The notes under the pieces were generated by a model. It was not told the DNA's origin and searched no databases. It saw nothing but the letters and a program-made list of their open reading frames with translations. Positions 36,261 to 46,265 of a stretch of DNA of 64,000 bases are shown here, in pieces. The translations under genes and the position numbers were made by a program. The first letter of the stretch is position 1. Each line of letters opens with the position of its first letter. The stretch comes from Candidatus Sulfopaludibacter sp. SbA3 (GTDB lineage: Bacteria > Acidobacteriota > Terriglobia > 20CM-2-55-15). The DNA lies in NCBI GenBank assembly GCA_945865815.1, contig CAMBFR010000002.1, forward strand, positions 30,308-94,307, read 5' to 3'.

Positions 36261-38375
36261 TTATGTTGGAAGTAAGACCGTAGGCGCGGGTGTCTTGCTG
36301 AGTTCGGTTATTTTGTCGAAGCCCCACACGCTGCCATAACGTTCCGCAGCATCGGCCATCACAAGCTGCCGGTCCACACCACTATTTAGGCCCTCGAGCA
36401 GCCACGTCAGGTAAGTTCCCGTGCGCTCTGCGGCTCTCCCGTCTCTGAACGGATCGAGTGTCTCAAACATGCCGGACCAATCACCAAAGCCAGGAATACC
36501 CTGAGGCCGGCTCCAGTGCTCGTTAAGCCGGCTCCACAGACTGGGCCAATCCTGAAAAACGACGCGGCCGACACCCAACTGGTAAAACGAGCTGACATGC
36601 CACCCCTCGCGATCGAGCATCAGAGTGGGCACTCCGGCAAGGGCCGCCTCCAGGCCGGCTGTCCCTCCGCACAAATGCCCATGCATGGCGACGTCTGCGG
36701 ATAGCGCCGCCAGAGCGGGCGGATGCGAACCGTGCAGTGTTCCTTCCTCGTAAACATGGCAGCGCCCCGTGGCGACCGCGCGATCGAGTAACGCAACCAC
36801 TGCGGGTCCAAGCCGGGCGCGCAAGGTGTTTGGCACTTTCGGCTTGATCACCAGACCGAACCATGGTTCGGACAAGACCTTCTCCAGCAGGAACTCGTAA
36901 TTCTCGGCCTGAAAGCGGGCTCCAGTGTGCCAACGCTCATCTGGACCCGAATTCTCATCAAAGAACGCAAGAATTCGAGCGGCGCCGTTTCGTTGAAGCT
37001 TCTCCCTCATACGAAGCGCGGGCTCACGCAGCAATTCAAAACGATGATCACCGAAATAGCCCACCGCAATGTGATACCGAATTGATGAACCGGACTGTCG
37101 TTCTACTGTGGCATCGCTGGGGGAATAGCCAAACATAATGTCTGCATTGACGGCAACTTCCGGAGCGGGATCCGGCTGACAGGCACGCTGATATATAGCG
37201 GTAATGCCGCCGGTGCTTTCGAGCGCGTCTGCAATCGCGTAGTGCCGGTTATCGAATCTGTACCAGGTGAGAAATATTTTCACGTTGTAGCTGTGAAACA
37301 GATCGGCCCAGTAACTGCGCTCTACGAAGTATTGATTCACCTGATCCCTCACCCAGCGGGCTTCTATCCTGCTGAGCGATTGCAGGGAGCGGGTTTCGCG
37401 CGTCGCATAATCTGCAAGACCAGGCCGATGAATGAAGAACGGTACCGTATCGCACCGGGTGGCCCCGGGATGCAGAGCCACCGCTTCAATCCCGTACTCC
37501 GCCAGACTTGCTGCCTTTGCGTCGTCAAATGGATCCTGAGGCAATGGATTCATCACCAGAATATTTGCTGCCGGGAATTCAGACCTCTGCCAAAAGAAGA
37601 AATCGGAATGGCGCTCCGGGTGCTTCAAATTAAGTTGACCGGCGTATTCCATGCCCAGCTTTCCGGAAACAGACGTCTCTCGGACCTTGCGGGCTCCCCG
37701 ATGGCGAAACGCGTAGAGGCTGTTACGCAAGTACCGCAGAAGAGCCACCGGGCGCGGCGTTCCAAAGCGACGGCGCAATTCTGACAATGTGAGCGCACCG
37801 GGCAATTCCACTACTGAAATACGGCGTCCGGAGGAAAATCGTTTTACAGATGCTCCCCAGGCACGCCGTTCAATAAACAGCAGCGCTTCACTGTCCGGGC
37901 AACCGAGCTTTCGGCGCTGCCAGTCGGCAACATGTACCAGCAGGAGCGCACGCCACAATGTCGCCTGTTCCGACAGGCTGATCGTAGCGACAGCTTTCTT
38001 CAGGAAGGCAACTAGTCTGCCCTCCGACTCGTCTCGAACCAGGGATTCCAGGCGGACTTGGTCTTCAACATAGGCCTGGACTTCAGCCAGGTCATGGTTA
38101 GCAATAACCAGACGGCTTAATAAACCGGAGTCGTCGCGGACGTCAATGAGCCGAAAATTCAGTCTTTCGACTGAAGCATGGGCCAGGAATGAAGACGCGT
38201 TTGCCACGGCCAGCGCAAATCGAGAACCGTCAATAACAAAGCACCTCTGCGAGCCGTTTCCAATTCGCAACCGGATCAGCGTTGGCAGGATCTGCCTGAA
38301 CCACCGGCGAACTGTCAGGTTTTCGACGAAGGACAGGCTCACGCTTGTAAGGTTTTCCGGAGCTGTTCGATACAA
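36261..38375 (-). CDS. large hypothetical protein; candidate GT-B CMP-sugar glycosyltransferase (HP motif)
   Basis: 704 aa. Near the C-terminus, GTLHGSHPPALAALSADVAMHGHLCGGTAGLEAALAGVPTLML matches the HP plus TAGLEAAL-GVP pattern of KpsC/KpsS/Lst-type CMP-sugar transferases. Confidence 0.35.
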   Translation of the reverse strand: MYRTAPENLTSVSLSFVENLTVRRWFRQILPTLIRLRIGNGSQRCFVIDGSRFALAVANASSFLAHASVERLNFRLIDVRDDSGLLSRLVIANHDLAEVQAYVEDQVRLESLVRDESEGRLVAFLKKAVATISLSEQATLWRALLLVHVADWQRRKLGCPDSEALLFIERRAWGASVKRFSSGRRISVVELPGALTLSELRRRFGTPRPVALLRYLRNSLYAFRHRGARKVRETSVSGKLGMEYAGQLNLKHPERHSDFFFWQRSEFPAANILVMNPLPQDPFDDAKAASLAEYGIEAVALHPGATRCDTVPFFIHRPGLADYATRETRSLQSLSRIEARWVRDQVNQYFVERSYWADLFHSYNVKIFLTWYRFDNRHYAIADALESTGGITAIYQRACQPDPAPEVAVNADIMFGYSPSDATVERQSGSSIRYHIAVGYFGDHRFELLREPALRMREKLQRNGAARILAFFDENSGPDERWHTGARFQAENYEFLLEKVLSEPWFGLVIKPKVPNTLRARLGPAVVALLDRAVATGRCHVYEEGTLHGSHPPALAALSADVAMHGHLCGGTAGLEAALAGVPTLMLDREGWHVSSFYQLGVGRVVFQDWPSLWSRLNEHWSRPQGIPGFGDWSGMFETLDPFRDGRAAERTGTYLTWLLEGLNSGVDRQLVMADAAERYGSVWGFDKITELSKTPAPTVLLPT

Positions 38376-39529
38376 ACAGCGAGATCTTCATCCCGCAGGC
38401 CAACGCTGGTGGGAAGGCTTATCGCTCGTCGATAGAGGGCGGAAGAATGCTCGATTTCATAAGCCTGGCAGGACTGATACGGAGGAAGATCGTGCAGTGT
38501 ATGCCACAGCGGCCGGGCGCCAACGCCATTTGCATTGAGTATTCGGATGACTTCCCTGCGGCGTTCAAGAGTCGTGTCATTACTCATCAAGACCGTGTAC
38601 AGCCAATACGTCGGCTCGACTCCGTCAGGCACGGGCATCGTGGTCAGGCCATCCAAACCGGATAATGCAGCCTCGTAGGACGAGGCTATGGCGCGTTTCT
38701 TTGCAATAAACTCATCAATGCGCTCAAGCTGGGCAACTCCAACCGCAGCTTGCAGACTCGACATCCGGTAATTGAACCCGGCTTCGCGATGAATGTATTC
38801 GACAGGATCATCCTTTGCCTGTGTGCTCAGATAGCGCGCATATTCCGCCAGCGAGTCACTGTCGGTGACAAGCATGCCGCCACCACCGGAAGTTATGATC
38901 TTGTTTCCATTAAAGCTGAACACTCCGACATCGCCGAATGTGCCCGCGTGCAATCCGCGATAGCGCACTCCCATTGCCTCTGCCGCATCTTCGACGACTT
39001 TCAGGTGAAATTCCCGGGCCATATCTACAATCCGATCGATTTCACAGGCGAGACCCAGAATATGAACGGGCAGAATTGCCTTCACGCGGCGGCTGGTACG
39101 CTTGTTGAAACACTGGCCAGAGCGGACTTCACACTCGTTCTGAAGAAAACTGCGGACTTTCACCGGATCGATGTGCCACGTAGCGGGATCGGCGTCCATG
39201 AAGACGGGGAAAGCGTGACAGTACGTGATGGCGTTGGCCGAGGCGATGAAGCTGAGGCTTGACACGATCACCTCATCGCCGGGCTCTACACCGACAATGC
39301 GCAATCCAACATGGAGACCTGCCGTACCATTGCCTACGGCGACGCCGTTTCGGGCTCCAACGTAAGCAGCGACCTCACTTTCAAACCGGTCTACAAATGG
39401 ACCCGCGGCGGAAACCCATCCGGTATCGAGACATTCCTTGAGATATGTCCACTCATTGCCACTCAGTTCGGGAGCGTTCAACGGAATGAGCTCTCGCAGT
39501 CTGGTCTGGCCGCCTTGATCAAACGACAT
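38339..39529 (-). CDS. DegT/DnrJ/EryC1/StrS family PLP-dependent sugar aminotransferase (PseC/LegC-like)
   Basis: Probable start at MSFDQGG (39529). The listed ORF extends 23 codons further into the upstream gene. Contains LIPLNAPELSGNEWTYLKECLDTGWVSAAGPFVDRFE and FSFNGNKIITSGGGGML (PLP-lysine). Confidence 0.85.
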   Translation of the reverse strand: MSFDQGGQTRLRELIPLNAPELSGNEWTYLKECLDTGWVSAAGPFVDRFESEVAAYVGARNGVAVGNGTAGLHVGLRIVGVEPGDEVIVSSLSFIASANAITYCHAFPVFMDADPATWHIDPVKVRSFLQNECEVRSGQCFNKRTSRRVKAILPVHILGLACEIDRIVDMAREFHLKVVEDAAEAMGVRYRGLHAGTFGDVGVFSFNGNKIITSGGGGMLVTDSDSLAEYARYLSTQAKDDPVEYIHREAGFNYRMSSLQAAVGVAQLERIDEFIAKKRAIASSYEAALSGLDGLTTMPVPDGVEPTYWLYTVLMSNDTTLERRREVIRILNANGVGARPLWHTLHDLPPYQSCQAYEIEHSSALYRRAISLPTSVGLRDEDLAVCIEQLRKTLQA

Positions 39530-40502
39530 ATGCGCCGACTCGGTACTCGTCCTGATGTGCGCGGATCCACTCGATAGTCCGGTACAGACCCTGTTCAAAA
39601 GAAATCAACGGCTTCCACCCAAGGACCTCGGCGGCCAGCCGATTGTCTGCGAGAAGGCGATCGACCTCGCTGTTCTCAGGCCGCTTCCGATCGTTCTCGC
39701 CTTCGATATCGACCTCCCGGGCGAGAAGGCCTCCGATCCTGCTCGCAAGGTCCCGAATGCTGATTTCCTCACCCGATCCTATGTTGATGGTGTGACCTTC
39801 TGCACGCTCGGCAGTCGCTGCAAGCACGAAACCATCGACCGTATTCGACACAAAATTGAAGTCGCGTGTTGGATGCAGGTGTCCCAGGCGAACTGCCTTG
39901 CCTGCGAGACACTGCGTGATGATCGTAGGTATTACGGCCCGCGCCGATTGACGGGGTCCGAAAGTATTAAACGGACGCAGCGTCACGACAGGTAATCCGA
40001 ACGAAAGATAAAACGACTCCGCCATCTTGTCGGCGCCGATCTTGCTGGCGGAGTAGGGCGACTGCCCCTGGAGCGGATGCTTCTCATCCATCGGCACGTA
40101 GGTGGCGCTGCCGTAGACTTCGCTGGTAGATGTGTGAACAACCCGCCCAACACCGGCCTGTCGTGCAGCAGTCAGCACGTTCAGAGTGCCCTCAATATTC
40201 GTCCTGACATAAGAGGACGGCGCTTCATACGAGTACGGAATGCCAATCAGGGCCGCAAGGTGAAAGACGACGTCCACGCCCTGCATCGCGCGGGTAACGC
40301 TCTCCTGGTCGCGAATGTCTCCAGCAATGATTTCAATTTCGCCACTGCGCGGGGAACGATTCAGCCATCCCCAGGAACCGTTTGAACGGTAATGGACAAA
40401 CGCCCTGGGACGGGCTCCCGCCTCGACTAGTGTTTCGGTCAAATGACTGCCGATGAAGCCGCCCGCACCGGTAACGAGAACCCGCTTTCCGGCGAGGCTC
40501 AC
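39519..40502 (-). CDS. NAD-dependent nucleotide-sugar 4,6-dehydratase/epimerase family protein
   Basis: VLVTGAGGFIGSHLTETLV, YSASKIGADK (YxxxK) and TSTSEVYG. Confidence 0.85.
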   Translation of the reverse strand: MSLAGKRVLVTGAGGFIGSHLTETLVEAGARPRAFVHYRSNGSWGWLNRSPRSGEIEIIAGDIRDQESVTRAMQGVDVVFHLAALIGIPYSYEAPSSYVRTNIEGTLNVLTAARQAGVGRVVHTSTSEVYGSATYVPMDEKHPLQGQSPYSASKIGADKMAESFYLSFGLPVVTLRPFNTFGPRQSARAVIPTIITQCLAGKAVRLGHLHPTRDFNFVSNTVDGFVLAATAERAEGHTINIGSGEEISIRDLASRIGGLLAREVDIEGENDRKRPENSEVDRLLADNRLAAEVLGWKPLISFEQGLYRTIEWIRAHQDEYRVGAYVV

Positions 40503-41575
40503 GAGGAGGCCTTCCAGACATTCGCGTCTTCCTGAGCTCGCGCGTAATCGGTCTGGTGACCAATGTCTAACCAGTATTCACGGATTGGAAAGCTCGCTAC
40601 CGGGCGCCCGGCGGCAAGGAGCAACTGGATGAGATCGGTCATATCAAAATGCTCGCCATTCGGGATTAAAGCGCGAACACCAGGCTCCAGCAAATAGATA
40701 CCCGCATTCACGAAGTACTTGAGAAGAGGTTTTTCCGTAAGGCCGGTAACCGCTGCGCCGTTGCATTCCACGACGCCATAGGGCAATTGGATGTCATATT
40801 GACGCACCGCGACTGTCAAATCGGCTTTCTGCTCCCGATGAAACGCGAGAATGCTGCGGAAGTCCACACCAGTAAGAATGTCTCCATTGATAACCAAAAT
40901 CGGATCATGAAGCGAGTCGATCATGCTAAGAGCACCGGCCGTTCCCAGCGGCCGGTCTTCGGTGACATAGAGCATATCAACGCCAAAACCCTGTCCGTCG
41001 CCGAAGTGTTCGCTGATCTTTTCGGGGAGATGATGCGTAGCGACATGAACCCGATGAATTCCGGCGTTTCGGAGTTGCTCGACGATAATTTCCATGAGCG
41101 GACGCTCTCCGATCCGGAGCATCGGCTTCGGCGTGTCGGAGGTCAACGGAGCTAACCGGGTTCCCAGTCCGCCAGCCATGATGACAGCCTGCAAAGGGAG
41201 TGCCTGTGTGGAAAACAATTCGTCGCGCGTCACGAGACCGATCACTTTGTCTTCTTCATCAACAATGGGCAGATGGAGGATGCGATGTTCCTGAAGAGCA
41301 CTCAGGTAGTACGAAGGATCGCTCGCGCGCTGGACCCTGATTGGCTGGGCATATTGCGTTCCAGCCTTCCGCTCGAGCAGAACTGTAACCGAAGAGGCAA
41401 GGTCAACGTTCGCGAGCATTGCGCGCCGTACATCACCGTCCGTAATGGTGCCTATGAGATTGCCTTCATCTGAAACGACAAGCATGATGCCAAGTCTGCT
41501 GGCATCCATCGCGGCTATTGCATCGCGAATAGACTTGTCGCTCGTCATGCAGAACTCTGTGATCTCAGTAAGCAT
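40499..41575 (-). CDS. CBS-pair + sugar-phosphate nucleotidyltransferase (PtmE/LegA-type hexosamine-1-P nucleotidyltransferase-like)
   Basis: N-terminal tandem CBS region (SIRDAIAAMDASRLGIMLVVSDEGNLIGTITDGDVRRAM...ILHLPIVDEEDKVIGLVTRDELF). Followed by AVIMAGGLGTRLAPLTSDTPKPML, the NTP-transferase G-loop. Confidence 0.8.
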   Translation of the reverse strand: MLTEITEFCMTSDKSIRDAIAAMDASRLGIMLVVSDEGNLIGTITDGDVRRAMLANVDLASSVTVLLERKAGTQYAQPIRVQRASDPSYYLSALQEHRILHLPIVDEEDKVIGLVTRDELFSTQALPLQAVIMAGGLGTRLAPLTSDTPKPMLRIGERPLMEIIVEQLRNAGIHRVHVATHHLPEKISEHFGDGQGFGVDMLYVTEDRPLGTAGALSMIDSLHDPILVINGDILTGVDFRSILAFHREQKADLTVAVRQYDIQLPYGVVECNGAAVTGLTEKPLLKYFVNAGIYLLEPGVRALIPNGEHFDMTDLIQLLLAAGRPVASFPIREYWLDIGHQTDYARAQEDANVWKASS

Positions 41576-41576
41576 T

Positions 41577-42785
41577 TCAGCTAATCGAGTGTCTCAATTG
41601 CCAATTCCCGTTTTCCTTTTTCCAGAGATGCGGGGACCTATACGCATCACACAATTCGATGAAGCGTTCCGGCTTCATCCCTATGTAATCCATTACTTCC
41701 CTGAAATACTTCTCCGGAAATTCTCCATCGAAGCGCCGCACCAACGTCACACCTTCCTCGCGAGTCAGATGATGGTTTCTGATTTCCTGAGATGCATCAT
41801 AAGTGGCGCGCCCCAGACCGAACTTAATATAGGTCGTGTAGTAGTGAAAACCATCAATCTTGTCGTCAAGGCTGTTGTATTTGCTGTACGTGCCCTCGGT
41901 GCGGAAAGGATTTGCCTCAAAGCCAGCGTGCTCGACGGCATAGTAGTATGCCTCCTGGGGCACCCATTTGAGGTAATAACCAAGGTAGTGAACCTCAATG
42001 CTGGACTGCTCCAGTTCCCGATGATCTGCCGGCAGGTAGGTCATTAGATCGTTTAATGAAAGTTCGTGCCGCTCCATCAACTCCGTAACTGACAGACCGG
42101 CCAGATGGATTTCCGACAAGTCCCGCATCGTGTAATAGGACTTGTCACGAAGAGAACTCGCATTGTCGGCTAACGGATTTCCGTATTCGGCCTCGTTCTC
42201 ACCGTAGAAGATCAAAGGTATGCCGTATTTAATAGCAATCTTCGGAGCCAGATTCTTCTGTCCCAAAATGAACGTCTGAAAGGGATGCAGGAGATTCTCG
42301 ATTGCCAGTCGTGTCAGCAGCCGCAAAACTCTGCCGTTCTGCTTGAAACTGATGTTGTCAAAACCCCCAACCTCAATCCAGTTTCTGAAGTTTTTCCAAC
42401 CTACATCCGTATATAGAATCGGCGGCCATGTGATTGTGAGCGGATGCATACCGTACTTGTATTTCAGCACGTGAGACTGGTAGACGCTGTCCTTTCCGCC
42501 GCTACCCGGGACGATGCAGTCGTAATAGCCGTCGTTACGGCGATGCTTGTCCAGCACCCGCAGCAGCTCTTCTTCTCTTTTTTGCCAGTCGATGTGGTCC
42601 TTCTGCTCATTCGCACGACAGGCATCGCAAACGCCCTGCTCATCCATGTGTAGCGAACGATGCTTGTGACTCCGAGTGTGCTTGAATTCAATGGATGAAC
42701 TCGGCCGCTGATTGGACATTACACAGCGTTTGCAAAAAGTCACCTCCTGGGGCAATCCCCAAAAGGCTTCCAACTGTTCAGTCAT
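41577..42785 (-). CDS. N-acetyl sugar amidotransferase (PP-loop ATP pyrophosphatase; WbuX/PseA/LfnA family)
   Basis: N-terminal CKRCVMSN...CDAC zinc-ribbon. CIVPGSGGKDS PP-loop motif. Confidence 0.75.
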   Translation of the reverse strand: MTEQLEAFWGLPQEVTFCKRCVMSNQRPSSSIEFKHTRSHKHRSLHMDEQGVCDACRANEQKDHIDWQKREEELLRVLDKHRRNDGYYDCIVPGSGGKDSVYQSHVLKYKYGMHPLTITWPPILYTDVGWKNFRNWIEVGGFDNISFKQNGRVLRLLTRLAIENLLHPFQTFILGQKNLAPKIAIKYGIPLIFYGENEAEYGNPLADNASSLRDKSYYTMRDLSEIHLAGLSVTELMERHELSLNDLMTYLPADHRELEQSSIEVHYLGYYLKWVPQEAYYYAVEHAGFEANPFRTEGTYSKYNSLDDKIDGFHYYTTYIKFGLGRATYDASQEIRNHHLTREEGVTLVRRFDGEFPEKYFREVMDYIGMKPERFIELCDAYRSPHLWKKENGNWQLRHSIS

Positions 42786-43482
42786 ATGAATGTTGCTCTT
42801 GTAGTGAATGAATACTGGCAGCCAGTTTCCTGTAGATTGCCAGACCTCGCGGTCCGCTTCGCTCCGGGTGAAATTGGCATCCGAATATATTGCGCTTTTG
42901 AAAGCTTGAACAAAACTCCAGCGATCCGTAGCGCGTCAGCGACAGGCGCACATCCGGCGATTCCGGCTTCGGGTAGTATGAATGCACGAAGTACATGAAT
43001 GTGCCGTTAGGCAGATCTTCGATCAACGATCCCTTCCAAGCGCCAACCGGGACCTGTTCATCGATTGAATCAGCCGAGTAAATACGGCTCCAGCCCATAT
43101 GTGGAACCTTCAGGGGTCGGTCCAGGTGTGTATCCACGGATAGGCGCGTAACCTCTCCCTCGATTAGGCCCAGACCGCGGTGACGGCCGAACTCGTGACT
43201 CTCGGTCATCAGGAGCTGCATGCCAAGACATATTCCTGCAACGGGTTTGCCCGAGTTCGCCAGCTCCTGAATAACCTGGACCAGATCGAGTTGCTCAAGG
43301 ATCTGCATTGCGTCCCCAAAAGCGCCGACTCCCGGCAAAATGACAGCGCTCGAAGCGAGGATCGTTTTTTTCGAATTCGTAATTATGGCGTTGAGTCCGA
43401 CCTGCTCGCAGGCCTGCTTCACACTGAACAGGTTGCCCATCCCGTAATCTGCAATCGCAACTTGCGGCGCTTCTCTAGGCAC
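42778..43482 (-). CDS. HisH-like class I glutamine amidotransferase (WbuY-type)
   Basis: VAIADYGMGNLFSVKQACEQVG, GICLGMQLL (catalytic Cys) and FGCQFHPE (His). Confidence 0.85.
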   Translation of the reverse strand: MPREAPQVAIADYGMGNLFSVKQACEQVGLNAIITNSKKTILASSAVILPGVGAFGDAMQILEQLDLVQVIQELANSGKPVAGICLGMQLLMTESHEFGRHRGLGLIEGEVTRLSVDTHLDRPLKVPHMGWSRIYSADSIDEQVPVGAWKGSLIEDLPNGTFMYFVHSYYPKPESPDVRLSLTRYGSLEFCSSFQKRNIFGCQFHPERSGPRGLAIYRKLAASIHSLQEQHSYD

Positions 43483-44344
43483 GACTGGTGTCCAATGTCT
43501 CGGCGCGGCAGGGAATGCCGCTCTTGATCAAGTACGTCTTGATCTCCGGCAATGCGCTGTCTTCAACTTTTGAAAAGCCGCGCTGGTTTTTGAGGTACTC
43601 AACGTTGCCTTCACCCGAAAAATCATCCTTCGAAGAAAGAGATCGAAGGAGGTTGTAATGCAACATTGATGCCAGACAAACCGCATCTGCTCTACCTTGT
43701 TGAACCACTTCCGCAACGTGGCTTAGCTTGCCGGCTCCACCGGCTGCGATTACGGGAATCGGAACAGCCCCTGCGATTGCGCTCGTCAGCTCCAGATCAA
43801 AGCCTTTGCCAGTCCCTTCACGGTCAACCGACGTCAGCAGGATTTCGCCGGCTCCGGATTCCGCCACCCGCATGGCCCACTCGACAGCATCGAAACCAGT
43901 GCTTTCGCGGCCATTGTTTGTGTAGGCCTGATAACGTCCATCCGGCTGCCGGATCGCTTCAATTGAAATGACGATGGTTGAGGAACCGAACCGCCTGGCA
44001 GCTTCTTTGATGAATTCCGGATTCTGAATGGCCGCAGTGTTCAGCGAGACCTTGTCGGCTCCCGCCCTCAATACTTGATTGATGTCGTCGAGGGATCGGA
44101 TGCCACCGCCCACCGTCAACGGGATGAAAATTTCCCTGGAAGTTCGCGTAACAATATCCAGAAGACTGTTTCTTTGATAGAGGCTCGCGACAGCATCCAT
44201 GTACACGAGCTCATCGGCCCCTTGCTCGTAGTAATGCCTCGCGAAACGCTCCGGCTTGCCCAGCACCCGAAGGCCTTCCAGATGGATGCCCTTTACGAGG
44301 TTTGGCCCCTTGATATCCAACCGCGCGATAACGCGTACGTTCAA
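43475..44344 (-). CDS. HisF-like cyclase/synthase subunit (WbuZ-type)
   Basis: [50 protein letters not shown] matches the HisF (beta/alpha)8 fold signature. Confidence 0.85.
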   Translation of the reverse strand: MNVRVIARLDIKGPNLVKGIHLEGLRVLGKPERFARHYYEQGADELVYMDAVASLYQRNSLLDIVTRTSREIFIPLTVGGGIRSLDDINQVLRAGADKVSLNTAAIQNPEFIKEAARRFGSSTIVISIEAIRQPDGRYQAYTNNGRESTGFDAVEWAMRVAESGAGEILLTSVDREGTGKGFDLELTSAIAGAVPIPVIAAGGAGKLSHVAEVVQQGRADAVCLASMLHYNLLRSLSSKDDFSGEGNVEYLKNQRGFSKVEDSALPEIKTYLIKSGIPCRAETLDTSRA

Positions 44345-45255
44345 GCTGCCATCCTCTCATTTCGCCAGGCCAGAAGCCCTTCTCTCAGCGTAAATTGAGG
44401 CGCAAACCCCAGCACAGTCCTTGCAAGGCTGATGTCGAGGTAACACCTTTCCCGATTCCCCTCAGGAATATAGACCACCTTCGAGGCGCCTTGAGGTGGC
44501 GAAAAGACCTCGACAATCGCCTCCGCCAGGGTCCCCCAGGATGTCTCGACACCACTGCCCATATTGATAACTCCGCCCTCGGACCGAGCCTGAACTGCAT
44601 TCACAATCCCGCGGACAGCATCATCAATGTAGATGAAATCCAGACTCCGCATCCCATCGCCGTAGACCACGATATCCTCGCGGTTCCTGGCAGTCTGAAC
44701 CCAATTGCTCACCAAACTGCCGGCGTATTCTCCCGGTCCATAGATTCGTCCAAGTCTCAAAGAGAGACATGTTAGACGCCTCTCCTGTCGAAAACGCTCG
44801 CAGATCGATTCGCCAGCCAGCTTGGATATGCCGTAGTAGCTGTCGGGCGCCTGCACTGGATAGGTCCGTCCTTCTTCAGCGATGGGTATCGCCTGAGGCA
44901 AGGCATACACAGAAAGCGTGGAGCAGTAGACAACTCTCTTGATATTGAGCGCCTCGGCGTAGGCAAGCACATTGATTGTACCGAGCGTATTCACAAGGAA
45001 GGCAGTACGGACTGCAGTTGCGCTAGCTGAACCCGGCCGATCCGCGGCTGCGTGGACGATCGTGTCAATCCCTTCTGGCAGCCCTTTGAATGACTCTGGA
45101 TCGGTAATGTCGAGCGGAACTTGCTGTACTTCGCCGGGGATGGAAACCGCGGAACGCCGGCTCGCGGCAACCACCGTATGATTCTCTTTCAGCAAGGCAG
45201 GCACAAGCCGCCTGCCTACAAATCCGCTTGCCCCGATCACGAGCACCCGGCTCAT
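44341..45255 (-). CDS. NAD-dependent epimerase/dehydratase family protein
   Basis: Probable start MSRVLVIGASGFVGRRL at 45255, forming an ATGA overlap with the upstream stop. The listed ORF extends to 45315. YGISKLAGE (YxxxK). Confidence 0.75.
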   Translation of the reverse strand: MSRVLVIGASGFVGRRLVPALLKENHTVVAASRRSAVSIPGEVQQVPLDITDPESFKGLPEGIDTIVHAAADRPGSASATAVRTAFLVNTLGTINVLAYAEALNIKRVVYCSTLSVYALPQAIPIAEEGRTYPVQAPDSYYGISKLAGESICERFRQERRLTCLSLRLGRIYGPGEYAGSLVSNWVQTARNREDIVVYGDGMRSLDFIYIDDAVRGIVNAVQARSEGGVINMGSGVETSWGTLAEAIVEVFSPPQGASKVVYIPEGNRERCYLDISLARTVLGFAPQFTLREGLLAWRNERMAA

Positions 45256-46265
45256 TGTAATACCGCGCGGCCGATCCGCTCGAAATCGTCCCAGGAAACG
45301 AATTGCTCCTCCCAATAACGCAGGACGACCCCGTACTTGCTTTGCTGGAGCATCATCCGCTCATCGAAAGCCACAGCCCGTATCACGGCTTCCACTTCAT
45401 TGAATCCAGCCAGCGCCCGGATGATTGTTGTTCCTGAGAATCGTGCATTGATCTCGAAGATCGCCGGTCCTGCCGGGCCAAGCCGCAATTGGAAATTCGC
45501 GGGTCCGTATGGGTTGAGCGCCAGAGCCGCTCTCCGGATCAGGGCTTCAAGCTCCGGTTCAGGCCGAAGGTATGAACGGAATGTATTGCCATCGCGAAGG
45601 TCACGCCGCATCACGATGACACCCAGGCACTCTCCGTCAAACACAACAGCGCCACACGTGTACTCACTATCGGGCGTGCCTATGGCTGCTTGAACGATGG
45701 GATCGGATCCTGCGTGCATAAGCGCGGAGGACAGCCCAGTCCGCTCTCTAACCAGTGAGACCTGCCGTGATCGCGCGCCGCGCCGCGGTTTGACTATCAA
45801 GGGGAATCCCACCTGAGCGACAAATGCATCAATCCTGTGGATGTCAATCAGCGATGGAGGACATGGCAGGTCGTGAGCCTTGAGAAACTGATAGGTCAAC
45901 CACTTGTCATCGGCGATCTCAGCAACCTCTGGCGAACTGACTACAACTTTGCACTTGCACCGAGTTTCAATCTCACCCCGACGCCTGGCGAACATCGGGA
46001 CTTCGAAGTCCGTCGCCACTAACAGCACATCCGCTCGCTCGCGATTCAGCAATTCGACCAGATACTCGACGTATTCCGCTTCGCTCACATTCGGAGCTAG
46101 CACATCCGGCACTACATGCGCGCTGTCCGCCCAATACAAGCCTACGGCTGTCGGAAACGCATCCAGTGCGATTAGCGTTGATTCCAAACTCGCCATCTTC
46201 AACGCCTTTATGATGCCCTGGCCGATCAGGGAACCAGCCCCCTGGATGGCAACCCTCACTGGCAT
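45252..46265 (-). CDS. ATP-grasp domain protein (carboxylate-amine ligase type)
   Basis: VAIQGAGSLIGQGIIKAL N-terminal pre-ATP-grasp. Central GFPLIVKPRRGARSRQV and C-terminal FEINARFSGTT are typical ATP-grasp motifs. Confidence 0.7.
   Translation of the reverse strand: MPVRVAIQGAGSLIGQGIIKALKMASLESTLIALDAFPTAVGLYWADSAHVVPDVLAPNVSEAEYVEYLVELLNRERADVLLVATDFEVPMFARRRGEIETRCKCKVVVSSPEVAEIADDKWLTYQFLKAHDLPCPPSLIDIHRIDAFVAQVGFPLIVKPRRGARSRQVSLVRERTGLSSALMHAGSDPIVQAAIGTPDSEYTCGAVVFDGECLGVIVMRRDLRDGNTFRSYLRPEPELEALIRRAALALNPYGPANFQLRLGPAGPAIFEINARFSGTTIIRALAGFNEVEAVIRAVAFDERMMLQQSKYGVVLRYWEEQFVSWDDFERIGRAVLQ

Noticed and set aside
42778-44344. hisH/hisF pair interpreted as histidine biosynthesis
   Set aside because: No hisA/B/C/D/G/I neighbours. 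The pair immediately follows a PP-loop N-acetyl sugar amidotransferase, the WbuXYZ-type arrangement for acetamidino sugar formation.
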